In this document: one piece after another, positions 18,401 through 27,430 of the stretch
Numbering within the stretch: the stretch's first letter is position 1
Layout of the letters: each line of letters begins with the position of its first letter
IMG/VR virus record: IMGVR_UViG_3300002543_000011
Span: 1 to 32,547 of that record
Reading direction: 5' to 3' (one strand)
DNA length: 32,547 nucleotides
Source of the DNA: a virus
Taxonomy: Duplodnaviria; Caudoviricetes
Position numbers and translations under genes: made by a program
The notes under the pieces: model-generated
Databases searched by the model: none
What the model was told of the DNA's origin: nothing
What the model saw: the letters and a program-made list of their open reading frames with translations, nothing else

Positions 18401-18568
18401 GAGGTCCTCGGTGCCCGGCCGCTTCTCGACGCGCCCAGCCTTCCTCCACACCGCGTTTCGGAGCGCGGTGAGCGTTCCCGGGGCGGCCTGCTTCGGATCG
18501 ATGCTCTCGTCGAGCGAAGCCGTGCGGAGCGCGACCTGCATTACCTGAGCGGGCGGAACCATCGTCAT
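15422..18568 (-). CDS. Tail nozzle / tail tubular protein B-like (P22 gp10-like)
   Basis: 1048 aa from ATG 18568 (ATGA overlap); N-terminal LRNAVWRKAGRVEKRPG, SDAGCINERSIV, GIMFQSARGIYLL, YDY...WS; beta-propeller-like; synteny. Confidence 0.75.
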   Translation of the reverse strand: MTMVPPAQVMQVALRTASLDESIDPKQAAPGTLTALRNAVWRKAGRVEKRPGTEDLPRAILGSDEELGTLQKVWARGGELLTTDGLDLFSYVPANQAWKRIQRMNALRATWRTVTDSGMSVIAADVDASESYVAIAWTCDSSRRLFLQVEDATTGGVVVPPCYLPAIFSNGVRHFRVLLKGTTILVFWQEGNDSNLKVVAVDLTTDVQSSDFLDVTPTSLLADVKASSLPIWDLVHHGDDIAVAYKTTNDELVLATFDADLSALASEEVLASAASVNAVSLSATPDERIYVAFATADDVTPLYEVWGAIHDPDTLEQIIGPALFDFGTERYTQVSVARLTETTAVVMFTSGAITYLGVDSWLPTDTQLTKSVLIDDGGNMLGDAIRETRWARLASRVFVIDGRAYALLSSVRPPVILPNGARVQQNTVFAVEVGTTEEEEDGLYYPHRLVAVIDPRESEGLRRAQLCNVPVVNGKAYAGSLLLSPGRSALRLITFEREDTWSSASLGRGLVIGAGVCTYYDGRRAFEIGHLHPPRVIAATPGTDGNMDAGDYLYTFVYEWKDPGTGLLHRSAPCQPIKVTVSSSGSVEFKIETAATTGKTDPRTGLSANPTPVMIVPYRTKKGGTTFYRMAIEPSPTGSGGNAIVTNSVSIDSVTWIDTSADTSVGGTGRDLGTQPLLYTTGGILDEVIPPSCHGWIVHQGRLFGIAGDQRTVWASKVFLEDPTVFPGFHEALRIVFEDEVVALASLDDKLVAFSDSSIHVVFGEGPSAAGAGAWTSPTTVQSDAGCINERSIVEVPAGIMFQSARGIYLLTRGLELQWIGQPVRDHVEAYPIVLDARIVPHRSQVRYSMANAEGTAGVVLVYDYAHGFWSVWDYHDGEQPNALVRSSVVAGGALYMTAADALVRESDETHLDRGEYWVTLELEAMLRPSGPIAWQHVRRIQLLGERHTHHDLRLRLAFDDRPTFSQDFTFPAEMVVTNNDCPTVRVGSQNGASPKCKAIRVRVTDATPTSPTSYPVDSGKGGSWSAIGLELIPRPGLPRHGARHSKV

Positions 18569-18927
18569 CGCGGAACAGCCTCCGAGGCGACGGGATAGAA
18601 CCAGAGGTCCACGGTGCACTCGGTGTCGGCGGCGACGGCAAGCTGCCGCGTGAGATCGATCTGCGCCTGCTCGCTCGCGTCGGCCTCGACAACGATCGCC
18701 GGCACGCCCGTCCCGTCGTAGTTCTGGCGCGCGACGAGGAACGCGGCGCGCGTCCCGAGCCCGTGGTCCACGACCTTCACGCCAGCGGTGTCGAAACGCA
18801 CGCTGCGTAGAACACCACGAGCGAACGGCAGATCGTCGAGAGCGCGCGCAACCCTGTCCGTCGCGCGCTGCATTGCATCGGCCGTGCGACTCCCGGTGTG
18901 CTGCCGTGGGCTCGTGAGAGGCTTCAC
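18565..18927 (-). CDS. Small virion protein
   Basis: GTGA overlap; VDHGLG motif and VDLWFY end. Confidence 0.65.
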   Translation of the reverse strand: MKPLTSPRQHTGSRTADAMQRATDRVARALDDLPFARGVLRSVRFDTAGVKVVDHGLGTRAAFLVARQNYDGTGVPAIVVEADASEQAQIDLTRQLAVAADTECTVDLWFYPVASEAVPR

Positions 18928-19622
18928 GGCCACGGCCACTTCCACCAGTGCTGTCGACGCTTCCGCACGCGCTGCACGCGCCTCGGCATGCCGGAGACGC
19001 GCTGTCGCGCCATGCTCTCGACCTCACGCTCCCACCAAGCGGCCTTCTGCATCGAGAGCGTCCAGTCGGCGCTGTCCTTCTGCTGGAACTCGGCGACCGT
19101 CTCCCAGACGGCCCATTCCTCGAACCCGCACACGCCATCGAACGTGTTGCCGAGCGCGCGCGTGATCGGCACGTAGTCGGGCACGTAGTGGACGCGCAAC
19201 GTGTCCGAGACGGACGGCGTCGGGAAGATCTCGATGTTGTCGCCGCGAAGCTGGAAGCGGCGCGCCTCGCCGTAGCGCGAGAGCGGATAGGTGTCGTAGT
19301 CGTGACGCTCGGCCTCGTTGATGTCCCAGAGCGCCTGCCACTTGTCGGGCCCGCACCTGCGGCTCACGCCGAGGAGCTCGAGCACCGGCGCGTTCAGCGC
19401 GTAGGTGCTCTGCCCGGGCGACGTCGTGATGTCGGTCTGCGCACGGTAGTACTCATGCCCGCGAGCGCGGACGAGCGCGAGGTAGACCTTGCGCAGGTTG
19501 GCGTTGAGTCGCTCCTCGATGTTCGCATCCGTGATGAACGCGTTGGCTTCGTCGACGGTCTCGAAGCCGCCGAGATGGCGGACCTTGGCGATCAAGGACG
19601 TCATGCTCACCGCGTCCGCCAT
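18924..19622 (-). CDS. Head-tail adaptor (tail tubular protein A-like)
   Basis: GQSTYAL and IEIFPTP...LRVHYVP motifs; position between capsid and nozzle. Confidence 0.75.
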   Translation of the reverse strand: MADAVSMTSLIAKVRHLGGFETVDEANAFITDANIEERLNANLRKVYLALVRARGHEYYRAQTDITTSPGQSTYALNAPVLELLGVSRRCGPDKWQALWDINEAERHDYDTYPLSRYGEARRFQLRGDNIEIFPTPSVSDTLRVHYVPDYVPITRALGNTFDGVCGFEEWAVWETVAEFQQKDSADWTLSMQKAAWWEREVESMARQRVSGMPRRVQRVRKRRQHWWKWPWP

Positions 19623-19637
19623 CTCGGCCCTCCGTCG

Positions 19638-20039
19638 TCAGCCCTGAACGGTGTCCTGCACGGCTTCGAGCTCGAAGCCGATGCTGTTGTTCGCGTCAGC
19701 CGCAACGTCCTGCGCTGCGCCGGAGCCATCGACGACGCGGATGACGCACTGCCATCCGGTTCCGTCGACCGTCGGCGTGAACGCGCCCCACTGCGCGATG
19801 CGCGCGGCGGCGCTGTTGAGCTGGAGCCCGAGCCCGAGAGGTACGAGCTTCATCCAGCGCCGCTCGAGCGTGAGCGTGTACACGCCTTGCGCGGTGCGCG
19901 CGACCGTCCAGCCCTTCTTCCCCTGGTTCAGCGTGTTGTCGATCGCGCTCGAACCGTTCGGGAAAAATCGTCCGCTGATCCGCACGCGGCGCTTGCCGAC
20001 GTGACGGACCGGCTCGTCTCCGAAGGTTGCACCCGGCAT
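19638..20039 (-). CDS. Capsid-associated/decoration protein (putative)
   Basis: Immediately downstream of the major capsid gene; VARTAQGVYTLTL beta motif. Confidence 0.6.
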   Translation of the reverse strand: MPGATFGDEPVRHVGKRRVRISGRFFPNGSSAIDNTLNQGKKGWTVARTAQGVYTLTLERRWMKLVPLGLGLQLNSAAARIAQWGAFTPTVDGTGWQCVIRVVDGSGAAQDVAADANNSIGFELEAVQDTVQG

Positions 20040-20054
20040 CGGTAGCCTGCCTTC

Positions 20055-21311
20055 CTACGCCGCCGCGTTGTACTTGCCGATGGCGTTGAAGCCGGGCCAC
20101 TCGCAGCCGAGCTGCCAGAGCGCACGATACCGCCACTCGAAGTTGTCGGCGTCGCTCTTGCGGATCATCCGGTTCCCGTCTTCCTCGACGAGATGCGGCA
20201 GACCCTTGATCGACTTGATGACCCAGGTGTCCTCCTGGAGCATGAAGAAGTAGCCTCGCGGGCAGTTCGGGTCCGCCATGACCTTCAGCGGCCCCTTGTC
20301 GCCTTCGAGGATGAGCGCCTTGTAGCCGACGATGCCGTCCGTCGACTTCGTCATCTCGAACGTCGCCTTGCCCATCAGGTTCTTGATGATGTCGGCGCGA
20401 TCGAGGTTGTTCGTGTAGACGGCATCGGGCACGCCGCCCTCACGGCCGAGACGCACGGCGCAGTCGATGAGCGTGTCTTCCTTCGAGGCACCAGCCTGCG
20501 CGCTGAAACGCACGCCCGCGAGTCGCGTTGCGTCCGCACCGCGATCGACGCCGAAGAAGTTGTCGGACCCGAAGACCGGCGCGGTCTCGGGAAGCCACGC
20601 GCGGAGACCCTTCGCGGCGAGACCGAAGTCGCCGTCGCGGAAGAGGTAGTCGCCCGCGGCGAGCGACGTGATGACCGTGTTCCACGCCGCGCTCGTGGCC
20701 GTGATGGTGCCGAGGTCGCGGTCGACCGCGGCGATCGTCTCGCGCGCGCCCGAGTTGCGCAGCGTGTGACCCGAGGCAGAGCCGTCGTTCGCCGACGCCT
20801 GGACGACCATCTCGGGCTCGAAGAAGACGATGTCCGCCGGCTCCGCAAGAGCGACGGTCTTCAGCGAGACGTTCGCCCCCGTGCTGATGCGGCCGCGCGC
20901 GCCGCCGCCATTGCCGTAGAGCTGGAGGGAGATCGACCGCTTGAAGTTCATCAAGCAGCCTTCCATTTCGCCCTTCACGGCGTTCAGGATCGTGTTCTCG
21001 CTACCCTCGCCGGCGAGCAGCGCCTCGGCCGTGATCTCGCAAACGTGGTAGTCCTTCGCTCGCGTGAGGAAGAAGGCCGCGTCCTGCGAGCTCGAGATGT
21101 TCGCGAACGCTCGCGCGATCGTGTGCGAGCCGCCCTGCGGCCGCCCGTAGCGGAGCGTCACGCGGCTGTTGTTACCGCCGAAGTTGGTATCCTTCCTCAT
21201 GCGGCCGAGGAAGGCGCAGTCCGGATACGTGCCCGAGTGGAGCTTCTTCTGGTCGTACTTCGTCTTGAGGATGTTCTCGATCGCCGTGATCGTGGTTGCG
21301 CCGATCGCCAT
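20055..21311 (-). CDS. Major capsid protein
   Basis: 418 aa after the scaffold; GGAGG SD; LYGNGGG, GLRAWLP, FFGVDR, ADPNCP, LGCEWPGFN motifs. Confidence 0.85.
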   Translation of the reverse strand: MAIGATTITAIENILKTKYDQKKLHSGTYPDCAFLGRMRKDTNFGGNNSRVTLRYGRPQGGSHTIARAFANISSSQDAAFFLTRAKDYHVCEITAEALLAGEGSENTILNAVKGEMEGCLMNFKRSISLQLYGNGGGARGRISTGANVSLKTVALAEPADIVFFEPEMVVQASANDGSASGHTLRNSGARETIAAVDRDLGTITATSAAWNTVITSLAAGDYLFRDGDFGLAAKGLRAWLPETAPVFGSDNFFGVDRGADATRLAGVRFSAQAGASKEDTLIDCAVRLGREGGVPDAVYTNNLDRADIIKNLMGKATFEMTKSTDGIVGYKALILEGDKGPLKVMADPNCPRGYFFMLQEDTWVIKSIKGLPHLVEEDGNRMIRKSDADNFEWRYRALWQLGCEWPGFNAIGKYNAAA

Positions 21312-21364
21312 GACGCGCCTCCGGTGAGGTCCGGGGCACGCTGGTCACGTTCGCGCCTACGACG

Positions 21365-22393
21365 TCAGCGCCCGAGCCCGAGTCGCGCTCGCTTCGCGTC
21401 GGCGGCGAGAGCCTGCCGTAGCTCGTTGAGCGCCCACTCGTCCTCTTCCTCCGGCGTCATCTGCCGAGGTGGGGATGCCTTCGTCGTCGCCGCTGCGGGG
21501 TCCAGCGTGCGTTTCTCGGGCGCTGTCGCGGGTCGCCCAGGGGATGCTTGCGATGCAGGGGACGCGCCGTTGCTCGGCGAGGTGGTCTTCGCTCGCTTCG
21601 AAGACCTGGATTGAAGCTCAGTGTGAAATTCGCGCGCCTTTGCGTCAAGACGCGGAAGGAGCGCGCCGAAGCTCGGATGCGTGCCGAACTCGCGGTAGTA
21701 CTCCTGCGCGACCTCGGATGCGAGCATGTGGAGCACGCGCGGCGGGAGCGTCGCCGCATCCGGGTAGTCGTCGGCCTGCGAGTCGACGAAGTGCTCGAAG
21801 CGCTCTCGTGCCTGCCGAGCCTCTTCTTCCTGCGCGCGTCGTCGGTCGGCCTCCTCGCGCTGCTTCAGCTGCTGCTCGAGCTCCTCGACGCGACGGAGCG
21901 CACGCTGCGCAGCGGCCTCGGGCCCCGTCTCTTCGAGGACTTTCTTCGTCCACTCGGCGTAGTCGACACCGAGCGCTTTCAGCGCATCCATGCCGCCCGC
22001 CTTCACGGCGGCGGCGCGCCGCTCGAGCTCATCTTGAAGCGCGCGCACGCGCTCGAGCTCGCGCTGGAGCTCACGCTCGCGAAACGCGAGGCGCTCCTCG
22101 CGCTCGGCCTGCTCGAGACGACGCAGCCGCTCTTTCCGAGCTTCCTCGGCGCGGCGCTCCTCTTCCTCGGCCGCTTTGATGCGCGCGGCCTTGTCCTTCT
22201 CGCTCGCGGTCTGCTGCTCGTCGGTCTCGTTGGTCTCTTCGGGCGCGCCGCTCTCGCCGCCGGCGGCGCCTTCGGCCGACGAGTCTGCGGGCGAGAGGGC
22301 GTCGTCGGCGGGAGAGGCGCCGGTAGCTGTCTCGTCCGCAGATCCGTCGGTCGTAGTCGTCTCGTCGGTGGTCTCGAGAATATCGTCGGGCAT
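21365..22393 (-). CDS. Capsid scaffolding protein
   Basis: Acidic disordered N-terminus, long coiled coil, short C-terminal helix; lies between portal and capsid genes. Confidence 0.75.
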   Translation of the reverse strand: MPDDILETTDETTTTDGSADETATGASPADDALSPADSSAEGAAGGESGAPEETNETDEQQTASEKDKAARIKAAEEEERRAEEARKERLRRLEQAEREERLAFRERELQRELERVRALQDELERRAAAVKAGGMDALKALGVDYAEWTKKVLEETGPEAAAQRALRRVEELEQQLKQREEADRRRAQEEEARQARERFEHFVDSQADDYPDAATLPPRVLHMLASEVAQEYYREFGTHPSFGALLPRLDAKAREFHTELQSRSSKRAKTTSPSNGASPASQASPGRPATAPEKRTLDPAAATTKASPPRQMTPEEEDEWALNELRQALAADAKRARLGLGR

Positions 22394-22408
22394 GATTCAC
22401 CTCTCCTG

Positions 22409-24283
22409 TCATGCAGCCGCAGGAACCAGCGGCGGAGGCGGAGCGCCAGGCGGAAGCGGCATCGGTCCGGCCGGTACCATCTCTTGCCCGGGCGGCCCGG
22501 GCGGCGGCGGGGCCGGCGCCGGCGCCTCTTCGGCCTGCTCCTTCTTCATCTGCATCCGCGCGAGGACGATCCATCGCGCGATCATGTCGAGCAGCTCCGG
22601 CGGAGCCTTCTCACGCCGGAACGTGAGGTAGCTCTCGACTGCGACGCGGAGCGCCACGGGCCAGAGCATGAACGGCTCGGGCGGCTCGAATTCGCCAGTC
22701 TCTGCCATGTTGTCGATGATGTCTTCCACGAGCTTGCGCGTCGCGAGCTTGCGCTCGACGAGCCGCTCGGTGTCGGGCATCTGGATAATCTCGACGAGCT
22801 CCTCGGCGTCCGTGAAGCCGATGCGCGTGAGGTCCTCGGCGAACGCGATCTTGCCCGACGGCGTCGTCGGAATCATCGACGTCGGCGTGATGTCGAGCTC
22901 GTAGACGTGATCGTCGAGATCGATCTCGGGGAAGAGCACGTCGCTGGCGAAGCGCCCGCGTCGCACGCTGAGCTTGAGCCCCTCTTCGCCCTGCTCCTTC
23001 AGGTAGTCGTTGAGGTCTCGCAGGCAGTCGTGAGCGAGCCGCGCGTTCTGAAGAACGAAGCGATCCCACGACTCGAATTTGTCGAGGAAGCGCTCGCTCT
23101 GATTGTCGCGGTAGACGCGCTGCGCCTCGCCGCTGTTGAGCCCCGCCGGCTTCTGGCTCGTCGCCGCGAGCTGCGAGATACCAGCGACCTCGAACGCCTT
23201 GGAGTAGAGCATCCAAAGGTGGTCGTAGAGGTCGCGAGGGATCGCTTGCGGCGTGATGTAGATCGGCGCCGTTCCCCGATAGACGACGATGGCATCCGAC
23301 TCATCGGTGAGCTCGTTGGGGTTGACGCGGGACATCTCTTCGATGGCCCACTTGCCCTTCACGCCGTGGCAAGCCTCGGTGATCTCGTCCAGGATGTCGT
23401 TGATTTCGAGCTGGATACCGAACAGATCGTGCGCGAGCCCGACGCCGTAGGCGCCGGCGAGCGCCTCTTCCCAACACCACGACGCAACGGGGAAGTAGTC
23501 GCGCTTGTAGGGTCGCGTCGCGAGCGTCTTGCCCGGAATGCAGCGCGCCCACATGCCGTCCTTCGCACCGGGCCACGACGGGAGCCTCCACGCCTCGCGA
23601 ACGAGGATGCGATCGCGCGACGACTCGTGCTCGTACTCCGGCATGTCCTCTTCGGACTGCCGGCAGTTCATGATCTCTTCCTCGAACTCGGGGTAGGCCT
23701 CGGCGAGAACGATCGGGTCGTACCAGCGGAGCAAGTACGCCGTGCGCACGCTCTCGTCGCCGTAGAGCCCCTCCTGATCCTCGATCAGCCACTCGCCGGG
23801 GAGGACGCGGTGACAGTAGACGCGCCTGGCCTCATAGTGGACGTTCCACATGATGTGGCCGGTGCCGAACACGGCGCCGTCGACGAAGGCGCGCATCGCT
23901 TTCTCCCAGAATCGCGTCTGAGAGAACGTCCCTTCGATCGCCTTTTCGAGCTTCTTCGCACGACGGCTCAACGACCAGTCCGCGCCCCTCGTCACGAACG
24001 TAGGCTTGCTCTTCGCCTTCGCAGCGATGCGCGCCTTGCACGCGCCGACCATCGTTCGCACGACGTTCAGCGAGAGCGGCTGACGCTTCGTCTCGACGGG
24101 CTTGGCGTAGCTGTTCGGCGTGAAGCCAAGCATCTGGACGTCGCCGTAGAGCGACGCGTAGGCAAGGTAATCCTGCCGTCGATAGTCCTGATTCGAGCGG
24201 ATCCGTCGCGTGTTTTGGCAGATCGTGTCGGCGATGTCGTCGCCGTCCTTGCGCCACCAGCGCGTATCGTCGCGAACGCTCAT
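22409..24283 (-). CDS. Portal protein (P22-like podovirus type)
   Basis: 624 aa from ATG 24283; LNVVRTMV, DGAVFGTG, GISQLAA...SGEA motifs; Pro-rich tail; synteny. Confidence 0.85.
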   Translation of the reverse strand: MSVRDDTRWWRKDGDDIADTICQNTRRIRSNQDYRRQDYLAYASLYGDVQMLGFTPNSYAKPVETKRQPLSLNVVRTMVGACKARIAAKAKSKPTFVTRGADWSLSRRAKKLEKAIEGTFSQTRFWEKAMRAFVDGAVFGTGHIMWNVHYEARRVYCHRVLPGEWLIEDQEGLYGDESVRTAYLLRWYDPIVLAEAYPEFEEEIMNCRQSEEDMPEYEHESSRDRILVREAWRLPSWPGAKDGMWARCIPGKTLATRPYKRDYFPVASWCWEEALAGAYGVGLAHDLFGIQLEINDILDEITEACHGVKGKWAIEEMSRVNPNELTDESDAIVVYRGTAPIYITPQAIPRDLYDHLWMLYSKAFEVAGISQLAATSQKPAGLNSGEAQRVYRDNQSERFLDKFESWDRFVLQNARLAHDCLRDLNDYLKEQGEEGLKLSVRRGRFASDVLFPEIDLDDHVYELDITPTSMIPTTPSGKIAFAEDLTRIGFTDAEELVEIIQMPDTERLVERKLATRKLVEDIIDNMAETGEFEPPEPFMLWPVALRVAVESYLTFRREKAPPELLDMIARWIVLARMQMKKEQAEEAPAPAPPPPGPPGQEMVPAGPMPLPPGAPPPPLVPAAA

Positions 24284-24588
24284 GCCGGCCTCGACTGCTT
24301 CGGACGGAACGGAGGGATCGGTGCGCCGCTCGAGCGGGTGAGCCGGCGCCAATACAGATAGTGCTCGCGCTCGGCGTCGCTCATCGCGACGAGCTTGCGC
24401 TCCTCTTCGTCGAGAGCGGCCCGCTCGTCCGCATCACGAGCGGCAGCGCGGGGAGCCGCGGCGGCAACGACGCTCGGAGCCGGCCCGAGCACAATGCGCA
24501 GGTCTCCGAGCGTGAGCTCGGTCGCGCCGACCTCACGCATCCACTCGCCGATCCTGCGGAGCCGCTCGAGCTCCTTGTCGCTCTCCAC
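24280..24588 (-). CDS. Hypothetical protein preceding portal
   Basis: GATELTLGDLRIVLGP; ATGA overlap with portal. Confidence 0.65.
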   Translation of the reverse strand: MESDKELERLRRIGEWMREVGATELTLGDLRIVLGPAPSVVAAAAPRAAARDADERAALDEEERKLVAMSDAEREHYLYWRRLTRSSGAPIPPFRPKQSRPA

Positions 24589-24656
24589 ATCGCTCGTCGT
24601 ACGCGCGAGCGCCTCTCGTCGCGCGACGGGTCGGTCGGAGATGTCGCATCTGTCAC
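24588..24656 (-). promoter_or_regulatory. Late-promoter-like module, copy B
   Basis: GTGACA-GAT-GCGACA, N37, GCGTACGACGAG-CGAT, GTG start. Confidence 0.6.
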
Positions 24657-25303
24657 ATACGGCCGAAGGCCGTATGCGGCGACAGCTCGCCGGATCGCTC
24701 GGCGCGGATGATGGTGCGCCGGCTCACGCCGAGCCGCGCGGCGGCCTCTTCCTGCGTGAGCCCGAGCCGCCGGCGCCACGCGCGCAGCTCGGCGCCCGTC
24801 CTCGGGACAGCCTGGCCACGGAACCGCTTCCAGCGCTCAACAGCTGCTCCCGCCCAGCCCGGCGGAAGCCCGAAGTGCTCTTCGATGCGCTCGAGCGCCC
24901 AGCCGCGCGCCCAGAGCGCGTAGCAGAGCCGCGAGCGCCCGGTCACGGCTGGACCGACCATCTCGCGGAAGAGCTGCGCCACGGTCACGCCGTAGTGCTC
25001 CGCTGTCGCGATCGCGAGCTCGGTCACCCAGCGCGGACGCACGGCGCCGTCGGGCGGCGGCGGCGCCGACCAGCGCACGCTGGCGATCCCTTCGTCCGTC
25101 AGCGCGTAGCCGGCGAAGCTGCGATGCTCGACCAGCCCCGTCTGGACGAGGAGCTTGAGCTGCTGACCGACTTCGCTCTTGTCGACGCCGATGGCCCTGG
25201 CAAGCACGCCAGGGCGCGCTGGCTTACCGAGCCGATGCATCTCCTCTCGGAGCTTCAGCGTCTCGAAAAAGTCCTTCGGCGAAAGGACGCTCTCCTCGTC
25301 CAC
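24653..25303 (-). CDS. Multi-HTH transcription regulator (wHTH + DnaA_C-like + XRE)
   Basis: LARAIGVDKSEVGQQLKLLVQTGLV...GYALTDEG; AEHYGVTVAQL...IEEHFG; LRAWRRRLGLTQEEAAARLGVSRRTIIRAE. Confidence 0.8.
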   Translation of the reverse strand: MDEESVLSPKDFFETLKLREEMHRLGKPARPGVLARAIGVDKSEVGQQLKLLVQTGLVEHRSFAGYALTDEGIASVRWSAPPPPDGAVRPRWVTELAIATAEHYGVTVAQLFREMVGPAVTGRSRLCYALWARGWALERIEEHFGLPPGWAGAAVERWKRFRGQAVPRTGAELRAWRRRLGLTQEEAAARLGVSRRTIIRAERSGELSPHTAFGRM

Positions 25304-25306
25304 CGC

Positions 25307-26779
25307 TCACCTCCGTTCGAACATCCGACGCACCCATGAGCGGTCGGGCCGGCGTCGCTCCTCGCGATCGAGCTCGCGCACGAGTCGCTCTTCCTCGAGA
25401 GCTTCGCGCTCCTCGAGAGTCGGCGGCGGAGGTCGCTCGCTCGGGGGCCTCTCGAGGAACGCCGACGCCCGCCGCCACGCGTACAGCGCCGCATCAGCCA
25501 AGTGATTCGAGAAGCCGGCGGCCTCCTTCTGCCGGCCCTCTGCCCACGGCAGCGTGTTCCACTCCCGCACGAGATCGTCGTTGCCAGGGAACACCTTGAT
25601 GCGCCCCGAACGCAGCTCGCCGTTGAAGAGATCGATGTAGCCGCGCTTGTTGTTCTTGTCCGCTGGCTCGATGGGAATGCGGAAGCGCTTCCGCGCCTCC
25701 TCAGCGTAACCCTTTCCGAGCCCGCCGGTGTCGCCGACGATGGCATCGAAGCGGTATCGCTGCTCGAGCGCGAGCGCTGCTTGCGCGGCGTCTCCGGGCG
25801 TGAGCTCGGTCTCGTGCGCGCTCTCGATGATGTAGACCGTCGGCTCGCGCTCGCGCCAACCGAGCACCACGAACGCGCAATCGTCGTTGTAGCCATAGTC
25901 GATGCCGAGAACGAAGTACCATCGCACGCCGCGTCGCATCTCGGCGTCGAAGTCGATCGGGTCGGCGAGCCGGTTCCTGTCCGAGAACTTGTAGACGAGG
26001 CCCTCGTCGTCGCGGACCCAGAGCCCCCAGCGAAGTTGCTTCCACTTCACGCCGTCGCGTCCGCCGGTCATCGCAGCGAGCGCCTCTTCGTACGCCTCGA
26101 GATCGATGCTCGGGTTGTCCTCGGCACGCGCTGGCCAGAAGACGCGATTGCTCGTCTTCCAGATCGGCGCGTCAATGCGCACGCCCTCTGGGATGCCGTA
26201 GCGCTCGCGCACCCACGCGCTCCCGAGCCCGTCAGGGTTCGTCGCCGCGCGGAAGCGGAGCGGAATCGTCGAACCGCGGAGACGACGGAGACGCGAGAAA
26301 AGGAACGTGGCCCACTGCTCTGGCCACTCGGTGAGCTCGTCAATGCCGATGAACTGGAACTCGGCCGACTTGTATCGCTGCAGATCCTGCTCGGTGTCGC
26401 AGTAGCCGAACTGAAGTCGCGCGCCACTCGGGAACGTCCAACGCTTGTCGCGATCGTTCCACACCGCGCGCGTCGGCTCGAGCCACTGCCGCGCGCGATC
26501 CATGATGGCTCCGGCGAGCGCAAGGTCCGGGTACGTGCGGCGCAGGATGAGCGCCGAGTAGCCGGGCACGTCGACGAAGCGGAGCGCGCTCGCGAGCAGC
26601 GCGTCGCTCTTTCCGCCGCCCGCCGCGCCGCCATAGCAGCTCTCGAGCACGTCGAGCTCGATCCAAGCCTTCTGCTTCGGATGCGGCTTGTGCGGCGACC
26701 ACGTCGTCCGCGGTCGACGCGCGACGCTATCCAGCATCGCATCGGTCTCGGCGAGCAGGCGCGCGGTGTTCGCGTCCAC
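25307..26779 (-). CDS. terL: Terminase large subunit
   Basis: YGGAAGGGKS Walker A, FIGIDE Walker B, ATNP motif, RNase H-like GIDYG...D...NHLADA. Confidence 0.95.
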   Translation of the reverse strand: MDANTARLLAETDAMLDSVARRPRTTWSPHKPHPKQKAWIELDVLESCYGGAAGGGKSDALLASALRFVDVPGYSALILRRTYPDLALAGAIMDRARQWLEPTRAVWNDRDKRWTFPSGARLQFGYCDTEQDLQRYKSAEFQFIGIDELTEWPEQWATFLFSRLRRLRGSTIPLRFRAATNPDGLGSAWVRERYGIPEGVRIDAPIWKTSNRVFWPARAEDNPSIDLEAYEEALAAMTGGRDGVKWKQLRWGLWVRDDEGLVYKFSDRNRLADPIDFDAEMRRGVRWYFVLGIDYGYNDDCAFVVLGWREREPTVYIIESAHETELTPGDAAQAALALEQRYRFDAIVGDTGGLGKGYAEEARKRFRIPIEPADKNNKRGYIDLFNGELRSGRIKVFPGNDDLVREWNTLPWAEGRQKEAAGFSNHLADAALYAWRRASAFLERPPSERPPPPTLEEREALEEERLVRELDREERRRPDRSWVRRMFERR

Positions 26780-26782
26780 GTC

Positions 26783-27181
26783 TCACCCCGCGAAGAAGAC
26801 GAGATGCTTGTACAGATCCCGCAGGCGCTTCCCGTCCCGCGCGTCGTCGCCCGTGCGCGGACGATGCACCGTGATGCCCTGCTTCTGGCCGTGGCACCAC
26901 GCCACGACCGTCGGACGATCCGTCTCGCGGTCTTCGATGGCGAAGCCGCGGACGATGTTCTTGCACTTGTGACAGAACGGCCAGTTCGTCCCCTTGGCGT
27001 TCGACTCGTCCCATCCGACGAGATCCATCGTCATCGGGTCGCGCAGCTGCTCGATGTACTTGCGTCGCAGGTTCTCGACACGCTGCTCACGCCGGAGCTC
27101 CTTCTGCGCCGCGGAGTGAAGGTCCCTCGGCCTCCACTGCCGCGAGCGCAGGATGTTGAACGCGACATCGTCGAGCGCCAT
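26783..27181 (-). CDS. Hypothetical protein with CxxC...CH putative zinc site
   Basis: FCHKCK...VAWCHG. Confidence 0.7.
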   Translation of the reverse strand: MALDDVAFNILRSRQWRPRDLHSAAQKELRREQRVENLRRKYIEQLRDPMTMDLVGWDESNAKGTNWPFCHKCKNIVRGFAIEDRETDRPTVVAWCHGQKQGITVHRPRTGDDARDGKRLRDLYKHLVFFAG

Positions 27182-27187
27182 GCCCGT

Positions 27188-27430
27188 CTACTTCTTCGGC
27201 TTCCTCGGCAGCCGCACGAAATGCACGTCCGTGAACGGCACGAGGTTCACGTTCCCCGTCTCGATGCTCTCGATGCCGATCCACGGTCCCTGCTCGAAGA
27301 ACAGGAACTGATCGCCGGGATACGCAGCGCCCGAGACGCCGTTGCGCGGCGAGGGGATGTTCGTCTTCAGCGTGAGCGAGTCGGCCGCGAAGTAGCGGCG
27401 ATCGTCTCGGAGCTCTTCGGGCTTCTTCAT
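27188..27430 (-). CDS. Hypothetical protein (80 aa)
   Basis: ATGA overlap; protein-like composition. Confidence 0.65.
   Translation of the reverse strand: MKKPEELRDDRRYFAADSLTLKTNIPSPRNGVSGAAYPGDQFLFFEQGPWIGIESIETGNVNLVPFTDVHFVRLPRKPKK

Noticed and set aside
18569-19138. N-terminal extension of the 1238-aa ORF in the track
   Set aside because: It overlaps two better-supported genes and is low-complexity; the ATGA overlap places the real start at 18568
19623-20057. In-frame stop-to-start spacers (e.g. capsid TAG +15 nt into the next gene; also 8704/8640, 9100/9096, 15422/15418, 25307/25303) suggesting stop read-through or recoding
   Set aside because: Out-of-frame neighbours collapse into ATGA/TGATG overlaps, so in-frame pairs are enriched among non-overlapping ones. 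Over all junctions the fraction is near one third, and some spacers contain second stops.
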